DNA of 64,000 nt from positions 1,472,001 to 1,536,000 of the forward strand of contig CAWJSJ010000002.1 in assembly GCA_963845565.1 (NCBI GenBank), written 5' to 3'. The notes beneath the pieces were generated by a model that did no database searches, was not told the DNA's origin, and worked only from the letters and a program-made list of their open reading frames with translations. Shown here piece after piece: positions 39,900 to 49,741 of the stretch. The stretch's first letter is position 1, and every line of letters begins with the position of its first letter. Position numbers and translations under genes: made by a program. The DNA comes from an uncultured Methylomirabilota bacterium. Lineage in GTDB: Bacteria; Methylomirabilota; Methylomirabilia; Methylomirabilales; 2-02-FULL-66-22.

Positions 39900-41735
39900 A
39901 TGTGCGGAATCGTCGGGTACATCGGAGACAAGAAGGTCGTACCGATCTTGCTGGACGGGTTGAAGCGACTGGAGTACCGGGGCTACGATTCCGCCGGGCT
40001 GGCCGTGCTGGAGCAGGGGCGGATGGTGGTCCACCGGTCGGTGGGCAAGATCAAGGAGCTGGAGAACGCCGTCTGGGGCGCCAACCTGGTCGGGACGGTC
40101 GGTCTCGGACATACCCGCTGGGCGACCCACGGGCGGCCCACCGAGGAGAACGCCCACCCGCACACGGACTGCACCGGCGACCTGGTCGTGGTCCACAACG
40201 GGATCATCGAGAACTATCTCGGCCTCAAGGAGAAACTGATCGCGGAGGGGCACCGCTTCCGCTCCGAGACGGACACCGAGGTCATCGCCCACCTGATCGA
40301 GAAATACCTTGCCGAGAAGCCGGACATCGAGGTGGCGGTGCGCCGCGCGCTCAACGACCTCCGGGGCGCCTACGCCATCGGCGTCCTGTGGAAAGGCGAC
40401 CCCAGCCGGATCGTGGGGGCGAAGTGCGAGAGCCCCCTGGTGGTCGGGCTGGGGGACGGGGATTTCTTTTTCGCGTCCGACATCCCGGCCATCCTCAGCC
40501 ACACCCGGAACGTGCTGTTTCTGAATGACGGAGAGATGGTGGTTCTCACGAAGGAGGGAGTGGAGATCACCACGCTGGCGGGGGAGCCGGTCCAGCGGGC
40601 CGTCGAGACGGTGCGGTGGAGCCCGATCCTGGCGGAGAAAGGCGGCTACAAGCATTTCATGCTGAAGGAGATCTACGAGCAGCCGCGCGCCGTGCGGGAC
40701 ACGATCCGCGGTCGGTTCTCGGAGGATTCGGGGCAGATCTTCTTCGAGGGGATGGACGCACTGGACGAAGCCCTGCCGGAGGTGCGCAAGGTGGTCCTGA
40801 TCGCCTGCGGCACGGCCTGGCATGCGGCCCTGATCGGGAAGTTCATGATCGAGGAGCTGTGCCGGATCCCGGTGGAGGTGGATTACAGCTCGGAGTTCCG
40901 CTACCGCGACCCCGTCGTCGACGACGGCACGCTGGTCATGGCCATCAGCCAGTCGGGGGAGACGCTGGACACGCTGGCCGGCATCAAGGCGGCGCGGGCT
41001 TCCGGATGCCGCACCTTTGCCGTCTGCAACGTGGTCGGCAGCTCGCTCACGCGCGAGGTGGACGGGGTCCTGTACACCCATGCCGGCCCCGAGATCGGCG
41101 TCGCCGCCAGCAAGACCTTCACCTCCCAGGTGGTGGCCCTGTACCTCTTCGCGCTCTACTGCGGGCGCAAGCGAGGCACCCTCGATGCGGAGCGGGTGCG
41201 CAAGCTCCTCGGGGACCTGGTGCGGCTGCCCCAGCAGATCGAGACGGTGCTTCACCTGGACGCGGAGCTGGAGCGGTTGGCGCACCGGTTCCACGCCAAG
41301 ACCGACTTTCTCTACCTGGCGCGCGGAATCAACTACCCGATCGCGCTGGAGGGGGCGCTCAAGCTGAAGGAGATCTCCTACATCCACGCCGAGGGTTATC
41401 CCGCCGGCGAGATGAAGCACGGTCCCATCGCGCTCATCACCGAGGAGATGCCGGTGGTGATCCTGGCGCCGCAGGACCGGGTCTACGAGAAGATCCTGGG
41501 AAACATCCAGGAGGTCAAGGCGCGCGACGGCATCGTGATCGCGGTCTGCTCGGAGGGGGATACGGAACTGCCCCGCAAGGCCGACCATTGCCTGGCCGTG
41601 CCCGTCACCTCGCACCTGCTCACGCCGGTGCTCCTGACCATTCCCATGCAGCTCCTGGCCTACCACGTGGCCGTGCGCAGAGGCTGCGACGTGGACCAGC
41701 CCCGCAACCTCGCCAAGAGCGTGACGGTGGAATAA
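39900..41735 (+). CDS. glmS: Glutamine--fructose-6-phosphate aminotransferase
   Basis: MCGIVG, LEYRGYDSAG, GHTRWATHG, SQSGET, PRNLAKSVTVE. Confidence 0.97.
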   Translation: MCGIVGYIGDKKVVPILLDGLKRLEYRGYDSAGLAVLEQGRMVVHRSVGKIKELENAVWGANLVGTVGLGHTRWATHGRPTEENAHPHTDCTGDLVVVHNGIIENYLGLKEKLIAEGHRFRSETDTEVIAHLIEKYLAEKPDIEVAVRRALNDLRGAYAIGVLWKGDPSRIVGAKCESPLVVGLGDGDFFFASDIPAILSHTRNVLFLNDGEMVVLTKEGVEITTLAGEPVQRAVETVRWSPILAEKGGYKHFMLKEIYEQPRAVRDTIRGRFSEDSGQIFFEGMDALDEALPEVRKVVLIACGTAWHAALIGKFMIEELCRIPVEVDYSSEFRYRDPVVDDGTLVMAISQSGETLDTLAGIKAARASGCRTFAVCNVVGSSLTREVDGVLYTHAGPEIGVAASKTFTSQVVALYLFALYCGRKRGTLDAERVRKLLGDLVRLPQQIETVLHLDAELERLAHRFHAKTDFLYLARGINYPIALEGALKLKEISYIHAEGYPAGEMKHGPIALITEEMPVVILAPQDRVYEKILGNIQEVKARDGIVIAVCSEGDTELPRKADHCLAVPVTSHLLTPVLLTIPMQLLAYHVAVRRGCDVDQPRNLAKSVTVE

Positions 41736-41784
41736 GCGGACGCCGACCTTACACACCCGGAGCACGCCAGGAAAGGAACCGCCA

Positions 41785-42681
41785 GTGCCGCATCCCCATC
41801 CCAGCGCAGGCCTCGAACCCGGCGCGATTCCGGTGCCGGCAGACGTGGAGACCCTCCGTCTGCTCTGCCGGGAGTTTCGCAAGGATCTGCTGGATCTGAC
41901 CATGCGTTCGGGCACCGGCTCCAGTCATATCGGCGGCGAGCTCTCGCTGGTGGAGATCCTGGCGGTCCTCTTCTTTCATTCGCTCCGGCTGGATCCGCGG
42001 AACCTCGAGTGGCCGGCACGCGATCGCTTCATTCTGTCCAAGGGCCACGCCTCGGCGGCCATGTATGTCGCCATGGCCTGGCGGGGGTTCTTTCCGCGAG
42101 AACGGCTGTTCGATTCGTTCAACCGGCCGCACAGCATCCTGCAGGAGCACGTCAACATGGATACCCCCGGGGCGGAGATTCCGACCGGCTCGCTGGGGAT
42201 GGGGCTGTCGGCGGGGGTCGGGATGGCGTGGGGTGGCCGGTATCGGACCCAGCACGAGGGTGCGTCGCCGGTCGGCGTCTTCGCCGTCCTCTCCGACGGG
42301 GAGTGCACCGCGGGTCAGACCTGGGAGGCCGCGATGTCCGCCGCACACCTCGGCCTCGAAAACCTGGTGGCGGTCGTGGACGACAACAACCGCTTTGTCA
42401 CCGGTCCGCGTAACGCCGTGATGACCCTCGATCCGTTCGGGGCCAAGTGGGCGGCCTTCGGCTGGCACGTGCTGGAGGCGGACGGCCACGACCTGCCGGC
42501 CCTGATCCAGACGCTGGCGACGGCGCGGCGTCCCGAGACCGCCCCCGGGAAGCCCCGGCTGGTCCTGGCGCGCACCGTCAAGGGGAAGGGGGTCTCCTTC
42601 ATGGAGGCCAGCGACGGCTGGCACGCCGGGCACCTGACCGCCGAGCAGTACCAGGCGGCGATGGCGGAGGTGACGCGATGA
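41785..42681 (+). CDS. Transketolase, N-terminal (TPP-binding) subunit
   Basis: RDRFILSKGH, TGSLGMG, SDGE...N, TVKGKG. Confidence 0.88.
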   Translation: MPHPHPSAGLEPGAIPVPADVETLRLLCREFRKDLLDLTMRSGTGSSHIGGELSLVEILAVLFFHSLRLDPRNLEWPARDRFILSKGHASAAMYVAMAWRGFFPRERLFDSFNRPHSILQEHVNMDTPGAEIPTGSLGMGLSAGVGMAWGGRYRTQHEGASPVGVFAVLSDGECTAGQTWEAAMSAAHLGLENLVAVVDDNNRFVTGPRNAVMTLDPFGAKWAAFGWHVLEADGHDLPALIQTLATARRPETAPGKPRLVLARTVKGKGVSFMEASDGWHAGHLTAEQYQAAMAEVTR

Positions 42682-43664
42682 GCACCGCCAACCTCGCCCA
42701 GTATGGCGTCGCCCAAGGGAACATTCGGCAGCTCTTCGGGGAAGCTTTGGTCGCCCTCGGACAGACGAACCCCAACGTGGTCGTCGTGGACTGCCAGACG
42801 GCCATGCCGACCGCCGCGGTGGCCTTCGCGAAGGCGTTTCCGGAGCGCTTCATCGATCTGGGAATCGCGGAGCAGAACGCCGTGAGCGTCGCCGCCGGCC
42901 TCGCGCGGATGGGCTTCATTCCCATCGTTCCCCTCTTCGCCTGTTTCTCCTCTCGCCGCGCCCTGGACCAGGTGACCATCCAGGCGGCCTACGCGGGGTT
43001 GAACGTCAAGGTGTGCGGCCTCTACGCGGGTCTCACCAGTCCGAACACGGGCGCCACCCACCAGATGATCTCGGATCTGGCGATCATGCGCTCCATTCCC
43101 AACCTGACGGTCGTGGAGCCAGCCGACGCCCTGGAGATGAGCCAGGCGCTGGCTGCGGTCGTCCTGCACCGCGGCCCGGTGTACTTCCGTTTGGTCCGGG
43201 GCGACATTGGCGGACCGTGTCCCCGCGTAACACCGGAGGGTTATGAGTTCCGGCTTGGCAAGGCCGCCCTTCTTCGCGAGGGGACGGACGTCACGCTGAT
43301 TGGCTCCGGCTTGATGGTCTCGCGCTGCCTCCAGGCGGCCGAGATTCTGGCGGCGGAGGGCATCGCGGCGGATGTGATCAATCTCTCGACGATCAAACCG
43401 TTAGACGCGGACCTGATCGTGGCGCGCGCCCGTCGCACGGGTGCGGTGGTGACGGCGGAGAATCACACGGTCCTGGGCGGCCTGGGCGGGGCGGTGGCCG
43501 AGGTCCTGGGCGACGCCTGTCCGGTGCCGCTCCGGCGGGTCGGGATCCGCGACGAGTTCGGCACCTCGGGCCCCCTGGAGGAGCTGTTCCCGCACTACGG
43601 CCTCACGGCCGAGGCGGTCTGCGCGGCGGCGAGATCAGTCCTCAGGGCGAAGGGCGGCTGCTGA
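42678..43664 (+). CDS. Transketolase, C-terminal subunit
   Basis: GIAEQN, GATHQ, ENH...GGLG; its stop lies in the repeat end. Confidence 0.88.
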   Translation: MSTANLAQYGVAQGNIRQLFGEALVALGQTNPNVVVVDCQTAMPTAAVAFAKAFPERFIDLGIAEQNAVSVAAGLARMGFIPIVPLFACFSSRRALDQVTIQAAYAGLNVKVCGLYAGLTSPNTGATHQMISDLAIMRSIPNLTVVEPADALEMSQALAAVVLHRGPVYFRLVRGDIGGPCPRVTPEGYEFRLGKAALLREGTDVTLIGSGLMVSRCLQAAEILAAEGIAADVINLSTIKPLDADLIVARARRTGAVVTAENHTVLGGLGGAVAEVLGDACPVPLRRVGIRDEFGTSGPLEELFPHYGLTAEAVCAAARSVLRAKGGC

Positions 43665-43821
43665 AAAAGGCCCATCTGCGGACGTTGGATTCGGCTCGGC
43701 ACTCGCTGCGACGTACCTCCAGTACGCCGGACCCATCGCTGGGTCCCCGGCCTGCGCCAAACCGCCTTGCATCTGGACCTTTTTGAGCAGCCTGAGTGGA
43801 AGCGGGTCCTTCAGCGTTCTG
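43654..43821 (-). repeat. Dispersed palindromic element, copy C (with extension, flanked by CTAG)
   Basis: GGCTGCTGAAAAAGGCCCATCTGC...GACGTACCTCCAGTACGCC...GCATCTGGACCTTTTTGAGCAGCCTGAGTGGAAGCGGGTCCTTCAGCGTTCTG|CTAG. Confidence 0.9.
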
Positions 43822-43837
43822 CTAGAGGGAGGGGGGG

Positions 43838-45553
43838 ATGGCTGCCGATACTGGGAGAGGAGTGTTGGATCGGCTTGAAGCGGCAAGGGGGGCGTTCGGT
43901 GCGGTCAACGCGGCGCGGCTGGAAACGCTCCTCGTTCGCGCCGGTCGCATGCAGGTGCGCGATGCCGAATCGTTGATTCGCCTCCATGAAACGCTGCTGT
44001 TTCTGCGGGCCTTCCCGCCCAGCCCGAAAGTCCTCAGACAGACGGAGGCGCTGCTCTCCGCGTTCCACCGGCGGGTGGCGGCGCTGCGCGCGGCGGGTGC
44101 GGACCTGTCGCCGCTTGACCCGATGGAGGTGTCCGGCATCGCGGGCACCGCCATCGAGGACAGCCTGAACTACGACGTATCGCGCTGGCTCCTCAGGCGC
44201 TTCCCGGGGCGCGTGGACGTGGCGTGGGACGGTTACGACAAGCAGACGCGTCTGGGCGAGACCCTGCCCCGGTTCCTGCCGCTGCTCGATGACGACGCCT
44301 ATGTCGAGGCCGACGTACCCTACCTGAGGTGGCTGCGCTCTGCGAGGGGCGGCGCCGGTCGGGACCTGGGCTGGCTCGTGTCCCGTTTCGAGCGGCTGCC
44401 GCGGTCCGAACGAGAGCGGGCAGAACTCTTCGACTCGCTGGAGCTGACCGTCCGGTGGGATCTGGACAATCTCCGCGCGAGCCGCACCCGGAACTGGCGG
44501 AGCGTTCGGCGGGTGTTCTACCACCCCGGGCCGTTCATCCGTCGGGGCGAGGTTGATCTGGTCAAGGAGATGCGCGCGCCGCTTCGGGTGGCGCGACTCG
44601 CGCGTCGGGATGGCGAGAAGGCGCTGGACCTGATGCGGGAGATCATGACCGTGCGCCGCCGGGAACTCTGGGGTACGACGTACGGCGATCCCGCTTCCGT
44701 TCTCCGGGCCGACGTGGGGCGAGGGCTGGAGATCTACCTCTGGGGGCTGCCGCCGGCACGCCGTCTACCGCTCCGGGCCTACGTCGCGGGGTTCAGCCTC
44801 AAGAACGGGGTTCCGATCAACTACATCGAGGCCATCGGGCTGTTCGAGTGGCTGGAGGTCGGCTTCAACACGTTCTACACGTTCCGCGACGGCGAGTCGG
44901 CCTGGAATTACGCCCAGGCGCTCCGGATGCTGCACGCGGTGCTCGGGGTGACCTGCGTCTCGGTGTACCCGTACCAGATCGGGCTGGACAACGAGGAAGC
45001 GATCGAGTCGGGCGCCTTCTGGTTCTACCGGAAGCTCGGCTTTCGCCCCGGCCGGCCGGAACTGCTGCGGATCGCGGAGCGGGAGGAGCGCAAGATCGCC
45101 GCGACGCCCGGATACCGGACGTCGGCGCGCACCCTGCGGCGGCTGGCGACCGGCCACCTGTTCCTCGAGTTGCCCGGGACCGAGCAGGGCGTCTGGGACC
45201 GGTTCGGGGTTCGGAACATCGGGTTCGCGGTCCAGCGATTGATGGCGACACGGTACGGCGGGGACGCCGCCCGGTTCCGGGCGGGATCGGCTGCCGCCGT
45301 GGCGCGGGCGCTCGGCGTGCAGATCGGCACCCTGCGCGGAGCGGCCCGGCGGGCATTCGAGGAGCTTGCGCCGGTCCTGGCGCTGGTGCCGGGCCTCGGG
45401 CGCTGGACGGCGGTGGAGAAGCGCGATCTGATCCGGATCGTCCGGGCCAAGGCCGGAGCGGCGGAATCCGATTATCTCCGGCTGCTGCAGCGGCATGGAC
45501 GGCTTCGGGATGCGGTCGTTCGACTGGGGTCGAGGTCTCCCCGGGAGCCCTAG
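43838..45553 (+). CDS. Hypothetical protein, 571 aa, with a possible GNAT-like module
   Basis: Long ORF with SD and normal codon bias; SVYPYQIG...EAIESGAFWFYRKLGF resembles GNAT motif B. Confidence 0.75.
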   Translation: MAADTGRGVLDRLEAARGAFGAVNAARLETLLVRAGRMQVRDAESLIRLHETLLFLRAFPPSPKVLRQTEALLSAFHRRVAALRAAGADLSPLDPMEVSGIAGTAIEDSLNYDVSRWLLRRFPGRVDVAWDGYDKQTRLGETLPRFLPLLDDDAYVEADVPYLRWLRSARGGAGRDLGWLVSRFERLPRSERERAELFDSLELTVRWDLDNLRASRTRNWRSVRRVFYHPGPFIRRGEVDLVKEMRAPLRVARLARRDGEKALDLMREIMTVRRRELWGTTYGDPASVLRADVGRGLEIYLWGLPPARRLPLRAYVAGFSLKNGVPINYIEAIGLFEWLEVGFNTFYTFRDGESAWNYAQALRMLHAVLGVTCVSVYPYQIGLDNEEAIESGAFWFYRKLGFRPGRPELLRIAEREERKIAATPGYRTSARTLRRLATGHLFLELPGTEQGVWDRFGVRNIGFAVQRLMATRYGGDAARFRAGSAAAVARALGVQIGTLRGAARRAFEELAPVLALVPGLGRWTAVEKRDLIRIVRAKAGAAESDYLRLLQRHGRLRDAVVRLGSRSPREP

Positions 45554-45909
45554 CCGGCCGAGATTTCCCGGCGCATCCGGCGTCGGATCGCCTCGCCGCC
45601 GGCTTTCGTTTTCATTCTTGACACGGTCGGCAGTCTGCGCGATCCTGTTCCGGTTTTCCAGGTCCCCGCGGCGTGGCGCCTTGACTCCGGACGCCCGGCG
45701 TGTCGGCGGCGAGGCCGCCCGACGCTCCGCGGACTTCTCCAGGTCGCCCCACCCCAAGAGGGCACTCCCATCAGCCATCGGGAAGGTTTCGCCGCCTGCG
45801 GTCGGAATCTGCGACAGGTGGCCCGACCTGACCCGGCGTACGACGAAACCCGGTCGATAGACAGCGGCTCGAGATTGATCACTTCGGAGCACAGAGGAGG
45901 GTTGTTTCG

Positions 45910-47520
45910 ATGAGAAGACTGTATGTGGCCTGCGCGGCGGCGCTCGTGGTTCTCGGCCTGATGGCGGGCGTCGCGTCCGCGGCGCGGTCGGGTGGGACGT
46001 TCAACTTTGTCCTGCCGTACGGCGGCGATGTGCTGACGCTGGACGCGCACAAGACCCCCAACACCAACGACCAGATCGTCACCATCAACATCAACCGGAG
46101 CCTCTACAGCTGGGATGAAAACGCCAACCGGCCGAAGCTGGAGCTGGGCGAGAAGGTCGACGTCTCGGCCGACGGCCTGACCTACAAGATCGCCCTGCGA
46201 AAAGGGGTCAAGTTCCACAACGGGCGCCAGATGACCGCGGATGACATCATCTGGAGCTACGAGCGGATGATGAACGCCAAGACGGCGTCCCCGGCGGCCC
46301 GATACGTCCGGATCATCAAGGGCGCCAAGGACTTCGAAGAAGGCAAGGCGCCCAAGATCGCCGGCCTTCGCAAGGTCGACGACTTCACTCTCGAGATCAC
46401 CATGGATCGACCGGTCGATCCCGCCTACTCGCTCTACGAGGGGGGCACCGCCATCCTGCCCAAGGAAGAGGTGGAGAAGAAAGGCGACGCCTTCGGGGCG
46501 GAGCCGGTGGGTCTCGGCCCCTTCAAGTTCGCCAAGTGGGTCAAGGGCAGCGAGGTCGTGTTGACGAAGAACGCCGACTACTTCGAGAAGGGGAAGCCCT
46601 ACCTGGACAAGGTCGTGTACAAGATCATGCCCGAGGGCGCCGCGCGCGATGTCGCCTTCCGGGCCAAGGAGCTGGATGCCACGGTGGTCGGCTCGGCACA
46701 GTATCCCGTGTACAAGGCGGACCCCCAGATCTCCAAGAACATGGTCGAGGTGGCCGAGCTGTTCACCCGCATGATCGGGTTCAACCCGAACTACGAGCCG
46801 TTCAAGAACAAGCAGGTGCGGCAGGCGATCAACCACGCCATCGACTCCAAGCTGATCATCTCAGCGGCTGCTCAAGGACAAGGCTTTCCCCTGCGTGGGC
46901 TATCTGCCCACCACCTCGCCGGCCTTCGACCCGAAGGCCAAGGGGTACGAGTTCAACGTCGAGAAGGCCAAGGCGCTGATGAAAGAGGCGGGGTACGAAA
47001 AGGGGTTCACCTTCGAGTGCATCGGCACGAGCAACGAGTCCTGGGGCATCCCGGTCGTCGAGGCGATCATGCCCTTCCTGAAGCAGATCAACGTCACGGT
47101 GAAGCCGCAGCAGGTCGAGGGCGCGGCGCTGGCGACCGGATCCGGAAGCTGGACTACCAGGCGTTTATCTGGTCGGTGAGCAGCGGCGCGGGCGGCGACT
47201 CGCTGCAGGCCCTGGAGCGATGGTAGTCGAAGAACCCGCCGACCGCCGGGAATTTCGTGACCTACAACAACCCCGAGTTCGACAAGCTTCTGGAAGCGGC
47301 GCGGAAGGAGCGGGACATCGCCAAGCGGAAGGACATCCTGCGGAAGGCGGACGCCATCTTCAGGGACGATGCGCCGGTCTGGTTCTTCAACTACAACAAG
47401 GCGGTGGTGGCCCACCAGCCGTGGGTCAAGGGCATCAAGCCGGTTGCCATCGAGATGATGTACCAGGACCTGGTCGATCTCTGGATCGACGAGTCGTCCC
47501 CGCGGGCCAAGGAGAAGTAG
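45910..47520 (+). CDS. Peptide/nickel ABC transporter substrate-binding protein (family 5); indels ~46861 and ~47131, in-frame TAG 47224
   Basis: Signal peptide, LRKGVKFHNG...TADD, PVGLGPF, VRQAINHAID, YNNPEFDKLL. Confidence 0.85.
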
Positions 47521-47645
47521 CAGGCTGCTGAAGAGGGCCCATCTGCGGCGTTGGTGCACCTCGGCACTCGCTGCGGCGTACCTCCAGTACGCCTCACTCG
47601 GCCTGCGGTGCCCCGCCTTGCATATGGACCCTCTTGAGCAGCCTC
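47521..47645 (-). repeat. Dispersed palindromic element, copy D, directly after the TAG stop
   Basis: CAGGCTGCTGAAGAGGGCCCATCTGC...GGCGTACCTCCAGTACGCC...GCATATGGACCCTCTTGAGCAGCCT. Confidence 0.9.
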
Positions 47646-47769
47646 GACGGGGGCGCAGCTCAGCGCCAACTTAAGGTGCCGCGGTGCAGCGCGGGTTCTT
47701 AGCCCGATCTTAGGTGGCCTCGTTGGCGTCTGGGATCGGGCTGTTTTCTCATAGTTCCAGAATGAGTTC

Positions 47770-48708
47770 GTGATGCTCGCATACGCGTTCCGACGTATCC
47801 TGCAATTCGTGCCGACGATCCTGGTGATCTCGTTGATCATGTTCTTCCTGCTCAACGTGCTGCCGGGCAACGCCGCCCTGATGGCTGCCGGGGCGCAGGA
47901 CCGAGGGATGGATGCGAAATACGTCGAGCAGATGCTGAAGAAATGGGACCTGGACAAGCCGCTCCACGTCCGGTACTGGAACTACGTCAAAAACCTGGCG
48001 CGCGGCGACCTGGGCCTCTCGTTCTTGCGGGGCGAGGATGTCCGGCAGGTGCTCCTGGCGCGGTTCTGGCCCACACTGAAACTGGCCCTGGTGGCCATGG
48101 TGATCGCCATCGCGGTCGGGGTGCCGCTGGGGTTCCTCTCGGCGCTGCGACACGGCTCGTGGCTGGACGCCTGTTCGATGATCGGGGCGGTTTCGGGGGT
48201 CTCGCTGCCCCAGTTCTGGCTGGGCCTTCTGCTCATGTTCCTGATGTCCGTGAAGCTCCGACTCCTCCCCACCTCGGGGTACGGGGATGGGAGCTTCACC
48301 CACCTGGTGCTGCCCGCCCTCACGCTGGGGGTGGGTTACATGGCGCTCCTGGCGCGGACCACGCGGGCCGCCGTCATGGAGATCCTCAGCGCGGACTACG
48401 TGCGGACGGCCGCGGCCAAGGGGCTGTCGCGTCTGGCGATCAACGGGAAGCACGTCTTCCGCAACGCCCTGATTCTGGTCCTCACCACGGCGGGGCTGCA
48501 GTTCGGCTCGCTCATCGGCCAGACGGTCATCGTGGAGAAGCTCTTCTCGTGGCCCGGCATCGGATCGCTCCTGGTGGACACGATCTTCCAGCGCGACATC
48601 CCGGTGGTGCAGGGGTGCATCCTGCTGATCATCCTGGTCTTCCTGTGCGTCAATCTGGCGGTGGATCTTCTCTATGCGGCGATCGACCCGCGGATCGAGT
48701 ATCGATGA
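47770..48708 (+). CDS. Peptide ABC transporter permease (DppB/OppB-like)
   Basis: GDLG.S, P.FWLG, DYVRTAAAKG, FSWPGIG, IDPRI. Confidence 0.92.
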   Translation: MMLAYAFRRILQFVPTILVISLIMFFLLNVLPGNAALMAAGAQDRGMDAKYVEQMLKKWDLDKPLHVRYWNYVKNLARGDLGLSFLRGEDVRQVLLARFWPTLKLALVAMVIAIAVGVPLGFLSALRHGSWLDACSMIGAVSGVSLPQFWLGLLLMFLMSVKLRLLPTSGYGDGSFTHLVLPALTLGVGYMALLARTTRAAVMEILSADYVRTAAAKGLSRLAINGKHVFRNALILVLTTAGLQFGSLIGQTVIVEKLFSWPGIGSLLVDTIFQRDIPVVQGCILLIILVFLCVNLAVDLLYAAIDPRIEYR

Positions 48709-49548
48709 ACGGGGCGCTGCGGACGCTGAAGCGGCAGAAGAACCTGATGATCGGGGGAGCGATCACGCTGGTGATCGTCTTGATGGCACTCTTTGCCCCA
48801 CTGCTCGCGCCCTACGATCCGATCACTCAGGCCGACCTGCTGCACTCCGAGGAGCCTCCCAGCCGGACGTTCCTCTTCGGGACCGACACGCAGGGACGGG
48901 ACATCCTCTCGCGGGTGATCTACGGCGCCCGGGTGTCGCTGGCCATCGGGCTCATCACGCAGTTCCTGAACAGCCTGATCGGGGTGCTGCTGGGCCTCAC
49001 CGCCGGGTTCCTGGGCCGGTGGTGGGACGATCTGGTGATGGGCCTGACCAACATCATGCTCTCGATTCCCGCGCCTGGTGCTGGCGCTGGCGATCATGGC
49101 GGTCCTCGGCCCCGGACTCTTCAACGTCTTTCTGGCTCTCGGCTTCACCAACTGGTCCTACAGCTGCCGGGTGACACGCTCCCAGGTGCTGGCCGCGCGA
49201 TCCCTGGACTACGTACACGCCGCCCGGGCACTGGGCCAGGGCCGGATCCGGATCATGCTCCGGCAGATCCTGCCCAACATCGTGGGGCCGATCCTGGTCA
49301 TCGCCACGCTGGGCGTCGCCTATGCCATTCTCACCGAGGCGTCTCTGTCGTTTCTCGGCCTGGGCGCGCAGCCACCGACGCCGAGCTGGGGCGGGATGCT
49401 CTCCACGGCGAGGGAGCAGCTCTTCACGGCGCCCTGGATCTCCATCTTCCCGGGCCTGGCGATCTTCGTCACGGTGCTGGGGTTGAACTTGCTGGGGGAC
49501 GGCTTGCGGGACGTCCTGGACCCGCATACGATCCGGACGCGGCGGTAG
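48705..49548 (+). CDS. Peptide ABC transporter permease (DppC/OppC-like); +1 indel ~49074
   Basis: FGTDTQGRDILSRVIYGAR, EASLSFLGLG, PSWG, GDGLRD. Confidence 0.9.
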
Positions 49549-49556
49549 GGCGAGGA

Positions 49557-49687
49557 GCCGCAGAGGCGCGGAGGAACTGGGGGGCAGTAGCCACAAAGGA
49601 GCACAAGGGAGCACAGGGCCAGATGTCTGCGGGAGGGTTCATGGCGGTACGTTCCGTTTGCCATGTGCATCTTGTGCGTCTTGTGGC
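49557..49687. repeat. Nonamer tandem-repeat palindrome
   Basis: GCCACAAAG-GAGCACAAG-GGAGCACAG ... CATGTGCAT-CTTGTGCGT-CTTGTGGC; CGCAGAGGCGCGGAG upstream. Confidence 0.7.
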
Positions 49688-49741
49688 AGAGGGCCTTCAG
49701 CCAGTGCCTGGTGGCTTTACCAATCGAGAAGCGGAGGAAGT

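Noticed and set aside
39894..41915. Long antisense ORFs (for example 673 aa opposite glmS; also 15622-16980, 29660-31111, 38450-39931, 57390-58826)
   Set aside because: Shadow frames of high-GC genes with no recognisable motifs; the opposite strand has clear family signatures.
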